Under the pieces are notes generated by a model. It was not told the DNA's origin and did no database searches. It saw only the letters and a list, made by a program, of their open reading frames with translations. From assembly GCA_015059015.1 (NCBI GenBank), contig SVBG01000007.1, positions 1,451 through 65,450 on the forward strand: DNA of 64,000 nucleotides, in the 5' to 3' direction. This stretch comes from Erysipelotrichaceae bacterium. Lineage in GTDB: Bacteria > Bacillota_I > Bacilli_A > ML615J-28 > CAG-313. This document shows, piece after piece, positions 38,741 to 49,886 of the stretch. Made by a program: the position numbers and the translations under genes. Position 1 is the stretch's first letter, and the number at the start of each line of letters is the position of its first letter.

Positions 38741-39808
38741 CTAAAAAATAATTTTGTTCCAAACTTCCAAGACCTTTTCAGGATTATACTTATCAGCAAT
38801 TTCTATAGAATTTTTACCAAATGAATTAATTAATTGATAATCATTAGATAATTGAACACATTTATCAACAAAACCATTCTCATCACCCTCGTTTATACAA
38901 AAGCCATTAAAATCATTTACAACTAGTTTAGAAATACCATCATGACATTTAAAAACAACAGCAGAAAGTCCAACAGCTAACGCTTCACTTAAAGCATTAG
39001 GAAAGCCTTCTTGTTCAGAAGTCATTAAATAAACATCACATTCTTTTAAAACATTATAAACATCATTAGTTTTACCAAGAAGTTTCACACTATTTATTAA
39101 ATCTAATTCATTAATCAAATTTATAATTTTATCTTTTTCAGGACCATCACCACAAATATATAATTCAGTATTTGGATTACTGTCGTTAACTTTTTTAAAA
39201 AGTTTTATCATTAAATCAAAACGTTTAATTTGTGCAAATCTTGCACATGATATAAATTTTATAACACCATTATTTTTAGATTGACGTTTAACTGGTGCGG
39301 GTAAAATTATATTTGGAGTTTCAACGCACTTATTTAAAAATCTCGCATTGTCAAATGTCTTGAACTCATCAAATTGAACTGAAACATAATCAGCTCTTTT
39401 GTAACCTATTCTACGTAAAATAGTCCACATTTTATTACTAGGCATTATTACAAGAGGATTACTTCTCTCAGAGACAATTAATTTAACTTTCTTATTAAAA
39501 TATAAGCTCAAACCACATAAAGTGTTATTGTTATCTAAAAGCGAAACAACAATATCATATTTATTATGTTTAAATAATTTTTTCAAATAATTAATTGCTT
39601 TAATTATATATCGAATTTTTTTTGTCTTTCCAGAATCAAACTTTAATATAATATCTTCATTTACACCATATTTAATGTTTGATTCAACATAATTCATTAA
39701 TAATAAATTTACATCAGAACTTTGAGATAAATACTTTACTAAAATTTGTGCCATATTACCTGCACCACCATTTAAACTATCAACTACAACTAATATCTTT
39801 TTCTTCAT
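38741..39808 (-). CDS. Glycosyltransferase family 4 (GT-B, group 1)
   Basis: C-terminal EGFPNALSEALAVGL (E-x7-E-type) motif. Confidence 0.65.
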   Translation of the reverse strand: MKKKILVVVDSLNGGAGNMAQILVKYLSQSSDVNLLLMNYVESNIKYGVNEDIILKFDSGKTKKIRYIIKAINYLKKLFKHNKYDIVVSLLDNNNTLCGLSLYFNKKVKLIVSERSNPLVIMPSNKMWTILRRIGYKRADYVSVQFDEFKTFDNARFLNKCVETPNIILPAPVKRQSKNNGVIKFISCARFAQIKRFDLMIKLFKKVNDSNPNTELYICGDGPEKDKIINLINELDLINSVKLLGKTNDVYNVLKECDVYLMTSEQEGFPNALSEALAVGLSAVVFKCHDGISKLVVNDFNGFCINEGDENGFVDKCVQLSNDYQLINSFGKNSIEIADKYNPEKVLEVWNKIIF

Positions 39809-39821
39809 ATTTTATCTCTTT

Positions 39822-41006
39822 CTATTTATTTAAAAATTCTTTTAATGAATTCTCATATTTATCCATACCAAAAAGAATTTTCCCACAATTATAAGCGTTT
39901 AATCTTAAATCAAATAATTGATCGCAATCTAAAGTCGAAATTTTTAACAACATACTTTCAACAGAATCTTCATCAATATTTTTAATTTTAAACCCATTAT
40001 ACCCATCTTCAATAATATCGTCAGTTCCTCCAACAATATTACATAAAACCGGAACTCCAAAGCTTAATGATTCTGCCACTTTAGTAGAAAATCCAGCTTT
40101 TGCATATCTTGCATCATTTCTAAATAAACAACTAAAATTAGCATTATTATAATGTTCAAAAACTTGTTCACGAGAAATTTTTCCTAAACAATAAATGTTA
40201 TATTTTTCTAAATCTTCATCGCCAAAATATTGAGAAGTTACACCAATAATTGTAACTTTAAATTTATTTATTTTACTATTAACCGTTTTAATACCATTAA
40301 TAATAGGTATTAATAAATCTTTTTTTCCAGGAACACCACAATAAACTAAATGTATGAATTTAGAATTTACATCTTTTACTGGTTCCTTAAAATTATCCAT
40401 TAAGGGCAGTACACAAATACTATTAATTCCACGGTCCTTATACCATTTATCCATCCAAGGACTAATCGAAATAATATTATTTATTCTTTTATCTAACTTT
40501 AATATCCTTTTATTAACAGATTTTGCAATATATTTATCAATAAATTTACCCGTTACTTGATACCATTCTGTATTATCTATTATAAGTTTGATATTATTTT
40601 TCTTACAAAATTTATAAACCTTTTTAGATACATTATATAACGGATTATATAAAATTACATAACGAATATTTTCGTCAATGCATAATTTTTTAATATTCTT
40701 AATTAAATTAAAATTTAAAAAGTTTTCTAAGTAAGAAATTATTTTATTTATAAAAGTATTACTTTTCTTTTGCTTATATAAATACTTACATGCATCATAG
40801 TTAAACACAGAAAACTTCCCTTGATTAACAATATTCAATTGTTCACGATATTGTTTAGGAATATATTCGATATCAAATGACGAATACATAATAACATTGT
40901 AACCATTATTTTGTAATAACTTTGTTATATTTGTAACTCTAACTCCAGAAGCCATATTTGGAAAACAAGATTTTGAAACATATAAAATTTTATTTTCGTT
41001 CACCAT
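39822..41006 (-). CDS. Glycosyltransferase family 4-like
   Basis: GT-B-like, with AGFSTKVAESLSFGVPVL near the C-terminus. Confidence 0.55.
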   Translation of the reverse strand: MVNENKILYVSKSCFPNMASGVRVTNITKLLQNNGYNVIMYSSFDIEYIPKQYREQLNIVNQGKFSVFNYDACKYLYKQKKSNTFINKIISYLENFLNFNLIKNIKKLCIDENIRYVILYNPLYNVSKKVYKFCKKNNIKLIIDNTEWYQVTGKFIDKYIAKSVNKRILKLDKRINNIISISPWMDKWYKDRGINSICVLPLMDNFKEPVKDVNSKFIHLVYCGVPGKKDLLIPIINGIKTVNSKINKFKVTIIGVTSQYFGDEDLEKYNIYCLGKISREQVFEHYNNANFSCLFRNDARYAKAGFSTKVAESLSFGVPVLCNIVGGTDDIIEDGYNGFKIKNIDEDSVESMLLKISTLDCDQLFDLRLNAYNCGKILFGMDKYENSLKEFLNK

Positions 41007-42219
41007 TTACACCTCCACGATTTAACAAACTTCTTCCCAAAACAATATAGAATAATAAAAATTTAACATCCAGCCCCATTACTACATAAACAGATAATCC
41101 ACCTAATGCTAACACCCAATGAATAATTACCCACCAATTACATCTATTTTTCTTATAATTTATTAATGCAGAGATAAATATTATAACATATGATAAAACA
41201 AAGAATACTCCATATCTTATTAGCAAGAATATGTAAGCATTGTCAATATAACTATACAATACACCATTTAAATAATACTGAAAATAGAAACCTTTTCCAA
41301 TTATTAATTCATAAAATTTAACTTGTTCAAAAAGTTGAGTATATTGAAATGAACGTGTATCCATAAATAATTTTACGAAAAAATACTCATATGATGATGA
41401 AAAATATTTCTTTAAAACAGCCAATGATACTCCAATAATTCCAACAGTTACTCCTAACAATAAAACTGAAGAAAGAATTTTTCTTTTTGCTTTAGCTATT
41501 GTATAAATCATTAATAATAAGATAGATTGAATAATAAAACTTCTAGTTACACCTAAAAATCCTATCATTATACAACTAAATATAATTATATACGCAAATA
41601 TACTCTTTTTTGAATTATAACAAGTAAATAGTGCAGAGAAAAAACCAAGTGTATAGTAATTTAAAAAAGCGGAATTCCCTATTATGCCATCTGGATACTT
41701 AATTTTAAAAGTTATAAAGTAAAATATAGCCATACCTAACGCAAAAATTGTAATAAGTGTATTCAATTTGCAAAAGATATTATATATTTTATCATTTGAA
41801 CTAATAAAAACAGTCATTATTAAAAGATAAACCAAGGGATTTAATTCTAGATATAAACTATTAACAAGACCATTTGAAAGGATAACATCAATAGCATTAC
41901 AAAATGCTATTAATAATATTAAAAATAATGAAAATAGAACAAACATTCTTTTTCTAATACACGTTAAAAAGTATTTTGCATTAAAAAAAGAACATAATAT
42001 TAAACAAACAAATCCACCATATTTTGTCATTAATACAAAAGAATTGTTAACACCTAATTGTTCATATACACGACTATTTGGTGCAGATAATTTATATGGA
42101 GCATTATAGTAAAGAATAAATTGTGATAAAAGTAATAACACAACACCCACAATAAAAAGAAATTCATCAAGTTTTATTTTCAAAATATTAAATGTTATAA
42201 TTTTTTTGCTTATATTCAT
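40990..42219 (-). CDS. wzy: Wzy-type O-antigen/oligosaccharide polymerase (O-antigen ligase-like membrane protein)
   Basis: 409 aa, polytopic, with a larger loop between distal helices. No soluble domain. Confidence 0.5.
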   Translation of the reverse strand: MNISKKIITFNILKIKLDEFLFIVGVVLLLLSQFILYYNAPYKLSAPNSRVYEQLGVNNSFVLMTKYGGFVCLILCSFFNAKYFLTCIRKRMFVLFSLFLILLIAFCNAIDVILSNGLVNSLYLELNPLVYLLIMTVFISSNDKIYNIFCKLNTLITIFALGMAIFYFITFKIKYPDGIIGNSAFLNYYTLGFFSALFTCYNSKKSIFAYIIIFSCIMIGFLGVTRSFIIQSILLLMIYTIAKAKRKILSSVLLLGVTVGIIGVSLAVLKKYFSSSYEYFFVKLFMDTRSFQYTQLFEQVKFYELIIGKGFYFQYYLNGVLYSYIDNAYIFLLIRYGVFFVLSYVIIFISALINYKKNRCNWWVIIHWVLALGGLSVYVVMGLDVKFLLFYIVLGRSLLNRGGVNGERK

Positions 42220-42239
42220 GAAATGCTCCTTTCGTTAAT

Positions 42240-43316
42240 CTATTTTAGATAAATACTTTCATAACTTCTTGCACAATTTTCAATAGTTAATTTTTCAGTA
42301 ATTTTTCTAGATCCTACCCCATATTCTTTTATAATATTCTTATTTTTCAATAAATGTTCAATAGCCTCAACATAACTACTAATATTAAAATCTTTTACAA
42401 TTATGCCGTTCACTCCGTTAAACACAATGTCAACAATACCACCAGCATTAGTAGTTACAACTGGCAGTCCACATGCCATAGCTTCTAACACTGCAATAGG
42501 CAACCCTTCCACTAAAGAGCTACAACAATAAATATCAGCATCATTTAAATAATCCTTAACATTTGAAACAACACCTACAAATTCTACATAATCCCCTAAC
42601 TTTAATTCATTAACTAAAGAAGTTAATTCTTCACGCATTTGTCCATCGCCAAGAAGCATCAATTTAATATTGTAACCTTTATCAATTAATTGTTTAACAG
42701 AATTGATTAATAATTGTTGATTTTTAATATTATACAAAGTTCCTACATTAATAAGTTTGATTGGTTCAATTATCTCTTTTTCTATAAAACTAAAATTTTT
42801 AATGTTAACACCATTGTAAATACATTCAATCTTATTTGAATCCAATTTAAATTCTTTAATAACAGTATACTTAATAAAATCAGATATTGCAACTGGTATA
42901 AAGTTTAACTTATTAAAAGCATATTTATATAGCTTTTTCTTTAATTTACTATCAATACGATCAGCTGTAGAATGAAATGTAAAAATACGTTTTTCAATTT
43001 TATATTTTCTTGCATAAAACATTGTAAATAATATTGTATTTAAATTAGTGTGTAAAATATCAATTTTATTATTTTTTAAATATCTTTTAATATTTATAAA
43101 TTTAGAGAATTTGTTTTTTCCTGAAAAATCAACAATTTCAATATCATTTTGTTCTAATAATTCACCATAATATGTTTTTTTACTATTGAAAAGAATTCCA
43201 ACTTTTACATTAAATAATTCTTTATTAAGATTTATAGCTAAATCAACAACAAACTTCTCAGCTCCTGCAACATTTAATGTTGGTATCATTATAAGAACAT
43301 TCTTCTTTTCAATCAT
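42240..43316 (-). CDS. Glycosyltransferase family 4
   Basis: EGLPIAVLEAMACGLPVV motif. Confidence 0.7.
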   Translation of the reverse strand: MIEKKNVLIMIPTLNVAGAEKFVVDLAINLNKELFNVKVGILFNSKKTYYGELLEQNDIEIVDFSGKNKFSKFINIKRYLKNNKIDILHTNLNTILFTMFYARKYKIEKRIFTFHSTADRIDSKLKKKLYKYAFNKLNFIPVAISDFIKYTVIKEFKLDSNKIECIYNGVNIKNFSFIEKEIIEPIKLINVGTLYNIKNQQLLINSVKQLIDKGYNIKLMLLGDGQMREELTSLVNELKLGDYVEFVGVVSNVKDYLNDADIYCCSSLVEGLPIAVLEAMACGLPVVTTNAGGIVDIVFNGVNGIIVKDFNISSYVEAIEHLLKNKNIIKEYGVGSRKITEKLTIENCARSYESIYLK

Positions 43317-43318
43317 AA

Positions 43319-44293
43319 TTATAAATTCTTTCTATACCATTCAATAGCAAGTTCAATACCATCTTTGAAACTATATTCAGGATCATATCCTAGTAATTCT
43401 TTAGCTTTAGAAATATCTGCATTACTATGTTTGATATCTCCTTTTCTGTCAGGTCCAAAATTAGGTTCAATATCAACGCCTAAAGCATTTGTAAGATAGT
43501 AATAAATATCAATCAAGTATTCTCTACCACCATAAGCAACATTGAATGCTTCACCTGCAGCTTCGCTTGATGCAAGACATGCTTTAAGGTTAGCTTCAAT
43601 TACATTATCAATGTAAGTAAAGTCACGTGATTGTTTGCCATCACCATTAATAGTAGGTTGTTCACCATTTAACAATAATTTAATGAATTTAGGTAAAACT
43701 GCTGCATACATTCCTTCTGGATTTTGACGTCTTCCAAATACATTAAAATATCTTAAACCGTATGTATCTAAACCATATAGTTTTTTGTATAATTTAGCAT
43801 ATTCTTCATCAACTCTTTTTGTAAGAGCATAAGGTGATAATAAATTACCTTCTCTACCTTCTTTTTTAGGTAGATTAGGCTCATCACCATAAACTGATGA
43901 ACTAGATGCATAAACAAACTTTTTAACACCATTTTGACGAGATGCTTCAAGCATATTTAAAGTACCACGAATATTAATTTCTTCGTATAATAGTGGCATT
44001 TCAATACTTCTTGGAACACTTCCCCAAGCTGCTTGATTTAATACATAGTCAACACCTTTAGTTGCTTCTAAACATGTTTCTAAATCTCTAATATCACCTT
44101 TAATAAAAGTATAATTAGGATGATTGATAAACAAATCTACATTTTCTTGTTTACCAGTAGATAAATTATCTAAACATTTTACTTTATATCCCATATTAAG
44201 AATTGCTTCACAAAGGTTAGAACCGATAAACCCTGCTCCACCAGTAACTAAAAATACACTATCTTTCGGGAAAACTAAATTTTTATAACTCAT
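43319..44293 (-). CDS. NAD-dependent nucleotide-sugar 4-epimerase (TviC/WbpP-like, UDP-HexNAc(A) 4-epimerase)
   Basis: VTGGAGFIGSNL and YxxxK (YALTK) motifs. Start set to ATG 44293 with TGGAGAT upstream, overlapping the stop of the dehydrogenase. Confidence 0.7.
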   Translation of the reverse strand: MSYKNLVFPKDSVFLVTGGAGFIGSNLCEAILNMGYKVKCLDNLSTGKQENVDLFINHPNYTFIKGDIRDLETCLEATKGVDYVLNQAAWGSVPRSIEMPLLYEEINIRGTLNMLEASRQNGVKKFVYASSSSVYGDEPNLPKKEGREGNLLSPYALTKRVDEEYAKLYKKLYGLDTYGLRYFNVFGRRQNPEGMYAAVLPKFIKLLLNGEQPTINGDGKQSRDFTYIDNVIEANLKACLASSEAAGEAFNVAYGGREYLIDIYYYLTNALGVDIEPNFGPDRKGDIKHSNADISKAKELLGYDPEYSFKDGIELAIEWYRKNL

Positions 44294-45612
44294 TATAATC
44301 TCCAATAATTATAGCCTAATGCTAATAATTCATCTTTTTGTCTTACACCCTTAACGTCAACAATGATCTTCTTATCATTAGGAACATCTTTGAACATCTT
44401 AGCTAAATCTTCATTTGAAAGAGCCTTAAATTCTTGATGTGCAACAGCAATAATTAAGCAATCTAAATCTTTTAGTTCTTCAATATTTACTAAATTTACA
44501 CCATAGAATTTTTCAGCATCTGGTGCATCAGCAACCGGATCACATACAATTGGTTTAACACCATATTCTTTTAATTCAACTAAAATATCATTAACTTTAG
44601 AGTTTCTAGCATCTGGACAATCTTCTTTGAATGTAATACCAAGACATCCAACTTTAGCATTTTTAATAGAAACATCAGCTTTAATTAATTGTTTTACAAC
44701 ATTTTCAGCAACATATTTTCCCATATCATCATTAATTCTTCTACCAGATAGAATAATTTGAGAATGATAACCAAATTGTTCAGCACGATATGTTAAATAA
44801 TATGGGTCAATACCAATACAATGTCCACCAACTAGACCTGGTCTAAAGTTTAAGAAATTCCATTTTGTTCCAGCAGCTTCTAATACTTCTAAAGTATCAA
44901 TGCCCATTTTGTTGAAAATAATTGATAATTCATTCATAAATGCAATATTAATATCTCTTTGAGAGTTTTCAATTACTTTAGCAGCTTCTGCAACTTTAAT
45001 ACAACTTGCACGATGAACACCAGCTTTAACAACAATTTCATAAACTTTAGCAATTTCTTCTAAAGATTCAGCGTCCATTCCAGAAACAATTTTAACAATA
45101 GTAGATAAACGATGAACTTTATCCCCTGGATTAATTCTTTCAGGAGAATAACCAATCTTAAAGTCAACACCACATTTTAAACCTGATTCTCTTTCAAGAA
45201 TTGGAATACATACTTCTTCTGTAACACCAGGATAAACAGTAGATTCATAAACTACAATGCTACCTTTAGTTAAATTTCTACCCACAATTTCACTTGAACC
45301 AATTACAGGAAGTAAATCTGGAGTTTTATCATCATTAATAGGTGTAGGAACAGCAACGATAATAAACTTAGCTTCTTGAAGTTTAGTTTCATCATATGTC
45401 CATTCAACAGTAGACTTTTTAATTTCTTCATCACCAACTTCAAGTGTAGGGTCAATACCTTGTTGATATAATTCAACTTTTTTCTTATTAATGTCAAAAC
45501 CAATAACATCAACATATTTAGCAAATTCAACGGCAATTGGCATACCAACATACCCTAAACCAACAAGGGCAATTTTTTCTTTTCTTTCAATAATATTTTG
45601 ATATAAACTCAT
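44293..45612 (-). CDS. UDP-N-acetyl-hexosamine 6-dehydrogenase (nucleotide-sugar dehydrogenase, TviB/WbpO/Cap5O-like)
   Basis: N-terminal LGYVGMP Rossmann segment and the catalytic Cys region GGHCIGIDP. 439 aa. Confidence 0.75.
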   Translation of the reverse strand: MSLYQNIIERKEKIALVGLGYVGMPIAVEFAKYVDVIGFDINKKKVELYQQGIDPTLEVGDEEIKKSTVEWTYDETKLQEAKFIIVAVPTPINDDKTPDLLPVIGSSEIVGRNLTKGSIVVYESTVYPGVTEEVCIPILERESGLKCGVDFKIGYSPERINPGDKVHRLSTIVKIVSGMDAESLEEIAKVYEIVVKAGVHRASCIKVAEAAKVIENSQRDINIAFMNELSIIFNKMGIDTLEVLEAAGTKWNFLNFRPGLVGGHCIGIDPYYLTYRAEQFGYHSQIILSGRRINDDMGKYVAENVVKQLIKADVSIKNAKVGCLGITFKEDCPDARNSKVNDILVELKEYGVKPIVCDPVADAPDAEKFYGVNLVNIEELKDLDCLIIAVAHQEFKALSNEDLAKMFKDVPNDKKIIVDVKGVRQKDELLALGYNYWRL

Positions 45613-46181
45613 ATTTTTTTCCTTCTTTCATTTAATTTTTGTTTATGATTTATGATTTCTTCCTCATTAAATCGCATTTTAATTATTCTTGCAGGATTAC
45701 CTCCTACAATAGCATATGGTGGAACATCTTTAGTAACAACTGAACCTGCACCAATTATCGCTCCCTCACCAACTGTAACACCTCTTAAAATAATTGCAGA
45801 TGTACCTATCCAATTATCTCCTTCAAAAATAACATCTCTATCATTCTCTGGTAATTTTTCTTTATTAGTAACTTCTTTCATTGTTTTACCTAAAATATCA
45901 TATCTATGCCCACCAGTAACCACAGTTACATTTGGTGCAAACATAACATCATCACCAATTATTATATTTGCTAAGGAACATATAAAAGTACAACCTTTGC
46001 CAATAGAGGAGTTATTTCCAATAGATACATTTGAATAATTTATATTACAATGTGTATTTATAAATACATTTTTACCACATTTCTTTAATAATTTTCTTTT
46101 GCACGGCATTACAAAAACTCTATAAAAACCTCTTTTAAAAAAACTAAAAACTTTATAAATAAACCTTATTAAAAATTTCAT
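45609..46181 (-). CDS. Hexapeptide-repeat (LbH) sugar O-acetyltransferase
   Basis: Hexapeptide repeats ([18 protein letters not shown]...). GAGGT Shine-Dalgarno before ATG 46181. Confidence 0.65.
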   Translation of the reverse strand: MKFLIRFIYKVFSFFKRGFYRVFVMPCKRKLLKKCGKNVFINTHCNINYSNVSIGNNSSIGKGCTFICSLANIIIGDDVMFAPNVTVVTGGHRYDILGKTMKEVTNKEKLPENDRDVIFEGDNWIGTSAIILRGVTVGEGAIIGAGSVVTKDVPPYAIVGGNPARIIKMRFNEEEIINHKQKLNERRKKI

Positions 46182-46192
46182 TACAATACCTC

Positions 46193-47269
46193 TTACTCAA
46201 ACCAAATTTTACTATAATCTTTAAGTATATTTTCTAGTAAATATTGTTTACTCTTTTCTTTTGCTTTCATTCCAAAGTCAATTCTCATATTCGAATTATT
46301 AATTAGTAAATCTAAGTTATTTGTAATATCTTTCACTGATTTAGATTCAATGACAATTCCAGTACCATTTTCTAATATTTCAGGTATTGCACCTACATTA
46401 GTTGCAATAATAGCCTTTCCAAGATACATTGCTTCTAAAATAACATTTGGAAATCCTTCAGTATAACTTGGTAAAATAAATATGTCTGAATCATTTATTT
46501 TATCCATAGCTTCATTGTGAGGTAATTCACCAATAATATTAATATTATTAAATGAAAATTTTTGTTTAAGTTCGTTAAAATATTCATCATTATAAGGGCC
46601 AATAATATCTAAATTCCAATCAGGATAAATTTTAGATATTTCATTCCATGAAGAAATTAATTCTTCAATTCCTTTAGTTTTAACTACCCAACCTAAATAT
46701 GATACTTTAAATGAACATGTATCTTTAGATAAGCATCTAGCTTCTGGCATATTTTCAGCACTAAAAGGGTTAGGAATATTCACAACTTTATCAGCATATT
46801 TTGCTTTAATAGAATCATATGTTTTAGCATCTATAGCAATAATTTTTGATACTAAATTAAATGCTTTATTTAATAATCTACTTTCTAAACTATTTGTTTT
46901 AAGTACATCAGGAACTCGCCCATATCTAATATGTAAAACAGAACGAACATTATGTTTTTTAAGTAATTTTAGAACTTTTATATCTCTAAACAGTGCTAAA
47001 CTACCACTTGTATTTATGTGAACAACATCAGGTTTAAAATTTTTTAAATCTTTTTTTAATTGTTTTTTTGTTCTAATTATACTAAAAAAGCCACCAAACA
47101 CTCGATTAAATAAAGATCTTCCTTCAGTACTTCTTTTTCTTGGGGCAGTATTTATATATTTATATTCAACATCTTTTACATTTTCTTGAATATAATTAGT
47201 TACAATTTTTGCCCAATTTGCTATACCACCCATTGGTGGTGGAAAAGGGGTAATAAATAAAATTTTCAT
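46193..47269 (-). CDS. Glycosyltransferase family 4
   Basis: [20 protein letters not shown] motif. Start at ATG 47269 (MKILFITP) with GGTGA 5 nt upstream. Confidence 0.7.
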   Translation of the reverse strand: MKILFITPFPPPMGGIANWAKIVTNYIQENVKDVEYKYINTAPRKRSTEGRSLFNRVFGGFFSIIRTKKQLKKDLKNFKPDVVHINTSGSLALFRDIKVLKLLKKHNVRSVLHIRYGRVPDVLKTNSLESRLLNKAFNLVSKIIAIDAKTYDSIKAKYADKVVNIPNPFSAENMPEARCLSKDTCSFKVSYLGWVVKTKGIEELISSWNEISKIYPDWNLDIIGPYNDEYFNELKQKFSFNNINIIGELPHNEAMDKINDSDIFILPSYTEGFPNVILEAMYLGKAIIATNVGAIPEILENGTGIVIESKSVKDITNNLDLLINNSNMRIDFGMKAKEKSKQYLLENILKDYSKIWFE

Positions 47270-47270
47270 A

Positions 47271-48455
47271 TTATTCACCATTTATTATTTTAATTAAATT
47301 ATCAAAGAAAATCTCTTTCGTGAAATTTTCTTTAAAATAATTTAAAGAATTAGTTTCTAAAGTTTTAATATCACAAGTTTTAAATTCTATATATTTTTTC
47401 GAAAGAGACTCATAATCTTCTGAATCACAAACAAATCCACACTTAGACTCAGTTAAAATTTCTTGGCATTCTCCATTGATAGCTGCAATAATAGGTTTAC
47501 CAGCAGCCATATATGATTGAACTTTACCAGGAAGTGTTTTAGAAATAACATCATTTTTAGAAAGTGTTACAAGCATTGCATCAGCCATTGAATAGAATTT
47601 AGGCATTTCTTCAATAGGTTTTCTACCATAAAAAACTACGTTATTTAATCCATATTCTTGAACCAATTTTTTACAATTATCTAAATTTGATCCATCACCA
47701 ACAATATGTATTTTAATTGATTTATCATCTTTAATTAAATTAGCAGCTTCTATAATCGTCTCAACTGATTGCATTTTTCCAACATTTCCCGCAAAAACAT
47801 AATTAAATTCATTATTATCTTTTTGATTATTTGATTCAACTTCTGAATATAAATCTTCACAAAATTGTGGTAAATAATAAATCTTATTTTTATCAATATG
47901 ATGATATTCTATAAAATATTCCACAAATGATTTTGAAGTTACAAGTAGTTTATCAACTTTCTTATAACACTTATTAGAAACTTTATAAAAATATTTAAAT
48001 ACTGGATTATTTTTACCAATTCCACCTGCAGCTAAACTATCAGGCCATAAATCATAGCAGTACATAATACATGGAACTTTATGTTTTTTTGCATATGCAA
48101 TACCTGCCCATGCTTGCATTACAGGTGATAATTGATTAATAAAAACTAAATCATATTTTTCTTTAGTTTTCTTTGCTTTTTTTAGCATCGATAAACAAAC
48201 ACTATAATAATTTAAAAATAATTTTATTTTACTATGACCTCTACCAATTTCAAAGCAACGATGGATATTAACTCCATTGATAACTTGTTCACGATTCTTT
48301 TTATGTTTATAATCTGCAAGAACTTCTCCTTCTGGATAATTTGGAAGTCCACAAATTACATCAACTTGATGACCCATTTTAACTAATGTTTCACAAATAT
48401 CTGTAATTCTAAAATTTTCTGGATAATAATGTTGTGATACAACTAATATTTTCAT
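47271..48455 (-). CDS. Glycosyltransferase family 4, WbuB-like (candidate L-FucNAc transferase)
   Basis: N-terminus MKILVVSQHYYPENFRI typical of WbuB-type enzymes, and it sits in a locus that has fnlABC. Confidence 0.6.
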   Translation of the reverse strand: MKILVVSQHYYPENFRITDICETLVKMGHQVDVICGLPNYPEGEVLADYKHKKNREQVINGVNIHRCFEIGRGHSKIKLFLNYYSVCLSMLKKAKKTKEKYDLVFINQLSPVMQAWAGIAYAKKHKVPCIMYCYDLWPDSLAAGGIGKNNPVFKYFYKVSNKCYKKVDKLLVTSKSFVEYFIEYHHIDKNKIYYLPQFCEDLYSEVESNNQKDNNEFNYVFAGNVGKMQSVETIIEAANLIKDDKSIKIHIVGDGSNLDNCKKLVQEYGLNNVVFYGRKPIEEMPKFYSMADAMLVTLSKNDVISKTLPGKVQSYMAAGKPIIAAINGECQEILTESKCGFVCDSEDYESLSKKYIEFKTCDIKTLETNSLNYFKENFTKEIFFDNLIKIINGE

Positions 48456-49012
48456 TATTTTACATCTCCATCTTCGATAATACTATCTTCTAAAATTTTA
48501 GTATTATTTTTTATTGTTACATTACTACCAATTTTTGTTCTTTTACCAATATGAGTATAAGTTCTAATTGTAGAATTAGAATAAATTAACGCATAATCAT
48601 CAATTGTAGCATCATGATGCACTTCAACATTAGCCGTAATTACAACACCATTTCCCAAAACAGCTCCATTTTGAATAGATGCATTACTTAAAACAATACA
48701 TCCATAACCAAACGTTGCAAATTTACTAATATATGCAGTTGAATTAAAAATATTAGGAATTATATATCCATAGTTTCTAGCTTTTTCAGTAAGTTCTTCT
48801 CTAAAAGCATTATTTCCAATTGCAACGATTAAATAATCATAATGCGATTTTAATTGTTCAATATCATTAATTTTACCTACAACTTTAATTCCACAAATTT
48901 GATCATTTAATTGATAACTATCATCAATAAAATAACAATCAAAATCTTCAAGTGCTGTTTCCATAACCATTCTTCCAAGTCCACCAGCACCTACAATTAA
49001 TAACTTTTCCAC
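48455..49012 (-). CDS. NeuD/PglD-family hexapeptide sugar N/O-acetyltransferase
   Basis: N-terminal Rossmann-like LIVGAGGLGR plus a C-terminal LbH. 185 aa. Confidence 0.65.
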   Translation of the reverse strand: MEKLLIVGAGGLGRMVMETALEDFDCYFIDDSYQLNDQICGIKVVGKINDIEQLKSHYDYLIVAIGNNAFREELTEKARNYGYIIPNIFNSTAYISKFATFGYGCIVLSNASIQNGAVLGNGVVITANVEVHHDATIDDYALIYSNSTIRTYTHIGKRTKIGSNVTIKNNTKILEDSIIEDGDVK

Positions 49013-49014
49013 TT

Positions 49015-49671
49015 TTAACGTGCTCCTTTATGACTAAATATTACACCAATAGTTCCAAAGATGATTTTAATATCCATCCATAAAGATCTATTTTTTATGT
49101 AATGTATATCTAGTTCAACTTTATCCTGTGGAGTAATATCATATCCTCCGTGAATTTGTGCATAACCTGTTAAACCACATTTTACTTTTAATCTTTGATT
49201 AAAACCATGAATATATGTTTCAAATTCTTCATAAAATTCCGGACGTTCAGGACGAGGTCCAACAATTGACATATGACCAACTAAAATATTGAAAAGTTGT
49301 GGTAATTCATCTAAACGACATTTTCTCATAAATTTTCCAAATTTTGTAACACGAGTGTCATTTTCTTTTGCCCATTGAGCACCATCTTTTTCCGCATCAA
49401 CTCTCATTGATCTAAATTTATATAAATAAAAAGGTTTACCATTTTTTGTTAATCTTTTTTGTTTATAAATAGCAGGACCTTTTGAAGTACACTTAACTAT
49501 TATTCCAACAATAATCATTGGTACAATTAATATTATAATTGCTATTAAAGATAAAAAGAAATCAAAAAAACGTTTAAAAAAATCATAAAGTGGTTTTTTC
49601 TTAATTTCACCAATATCTTCAATAAAAAACTCTTCATCATTTTCTCTAAATTGATAATTTAATTCAGCCAT
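49015..49671 (-). CDS. Initiating sugar-phosphate transferase (bacterial sugar transferase, PglC/WbaP C-terminal domain type)
   Basis: Single N-terminal TM, then the family region ...MSIVGPRPERPEF.... AAGGAG Shine-Dalgarno. Confidence 0.75.
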   Translation of the reverse strand: MAELNYQFRENDEEFFIEDIGEIKKKPLYDFFKRFFDFFLSLIAIIILIVPMIIVGIIVKCTSKGPAIYKQKRLTKNGKPFYLYKFRSMRVDAEKDGAQWAKENDTRVTKFGKFMRKCRLDELPQLFNILVGHMSIVGPRPERPEFYEEFETYIHGFNQRLKVKCGLTGYAQIHGGYDITPQDKVELDIHYIKNRSLWMDIKIIFGTIGVIFSHKGAR

Positions 49672-49721
49672 TCTAAAAACTCCTTAAAACGATATCTTTT
49701 CTACTCCCCCTAATCATACCT

Positions 49722-49752
49722 ATTATACCATTTTTTTTGTTTTTTTGCAAAT
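49722..49752 (-). promoter_or_regulatory. Sigma-A promoter of the polysaccharide locus
   Basis: Minus-strand TTGCAA, 17-nt spacer, TGGTATAAT. Lies about 50 nt upstream of the initiating-transferase start. Confidence 0.5.
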
Positions 49753-49845
49753 TATAAAGACGCATTTAATCAAAAAGTATAATTATTAGAAAAAAGAGTC
49801 CTAAAACGCCTCATTTTAATAAACAATAAATTCCTATATAAACTA

Positions 49846-49886
49846 CAAAAAACATGCAGACGTTTGTCTGCATGTTTTATTTTTTT
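49846..49886. terminator. Strong terminator after the thyX-like gene
   Basis: Perfect stem aacatgcagacg/cgtctgcatgtt with a 3-nt loop and A/T runs on both sides. Confidence 0.7.
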
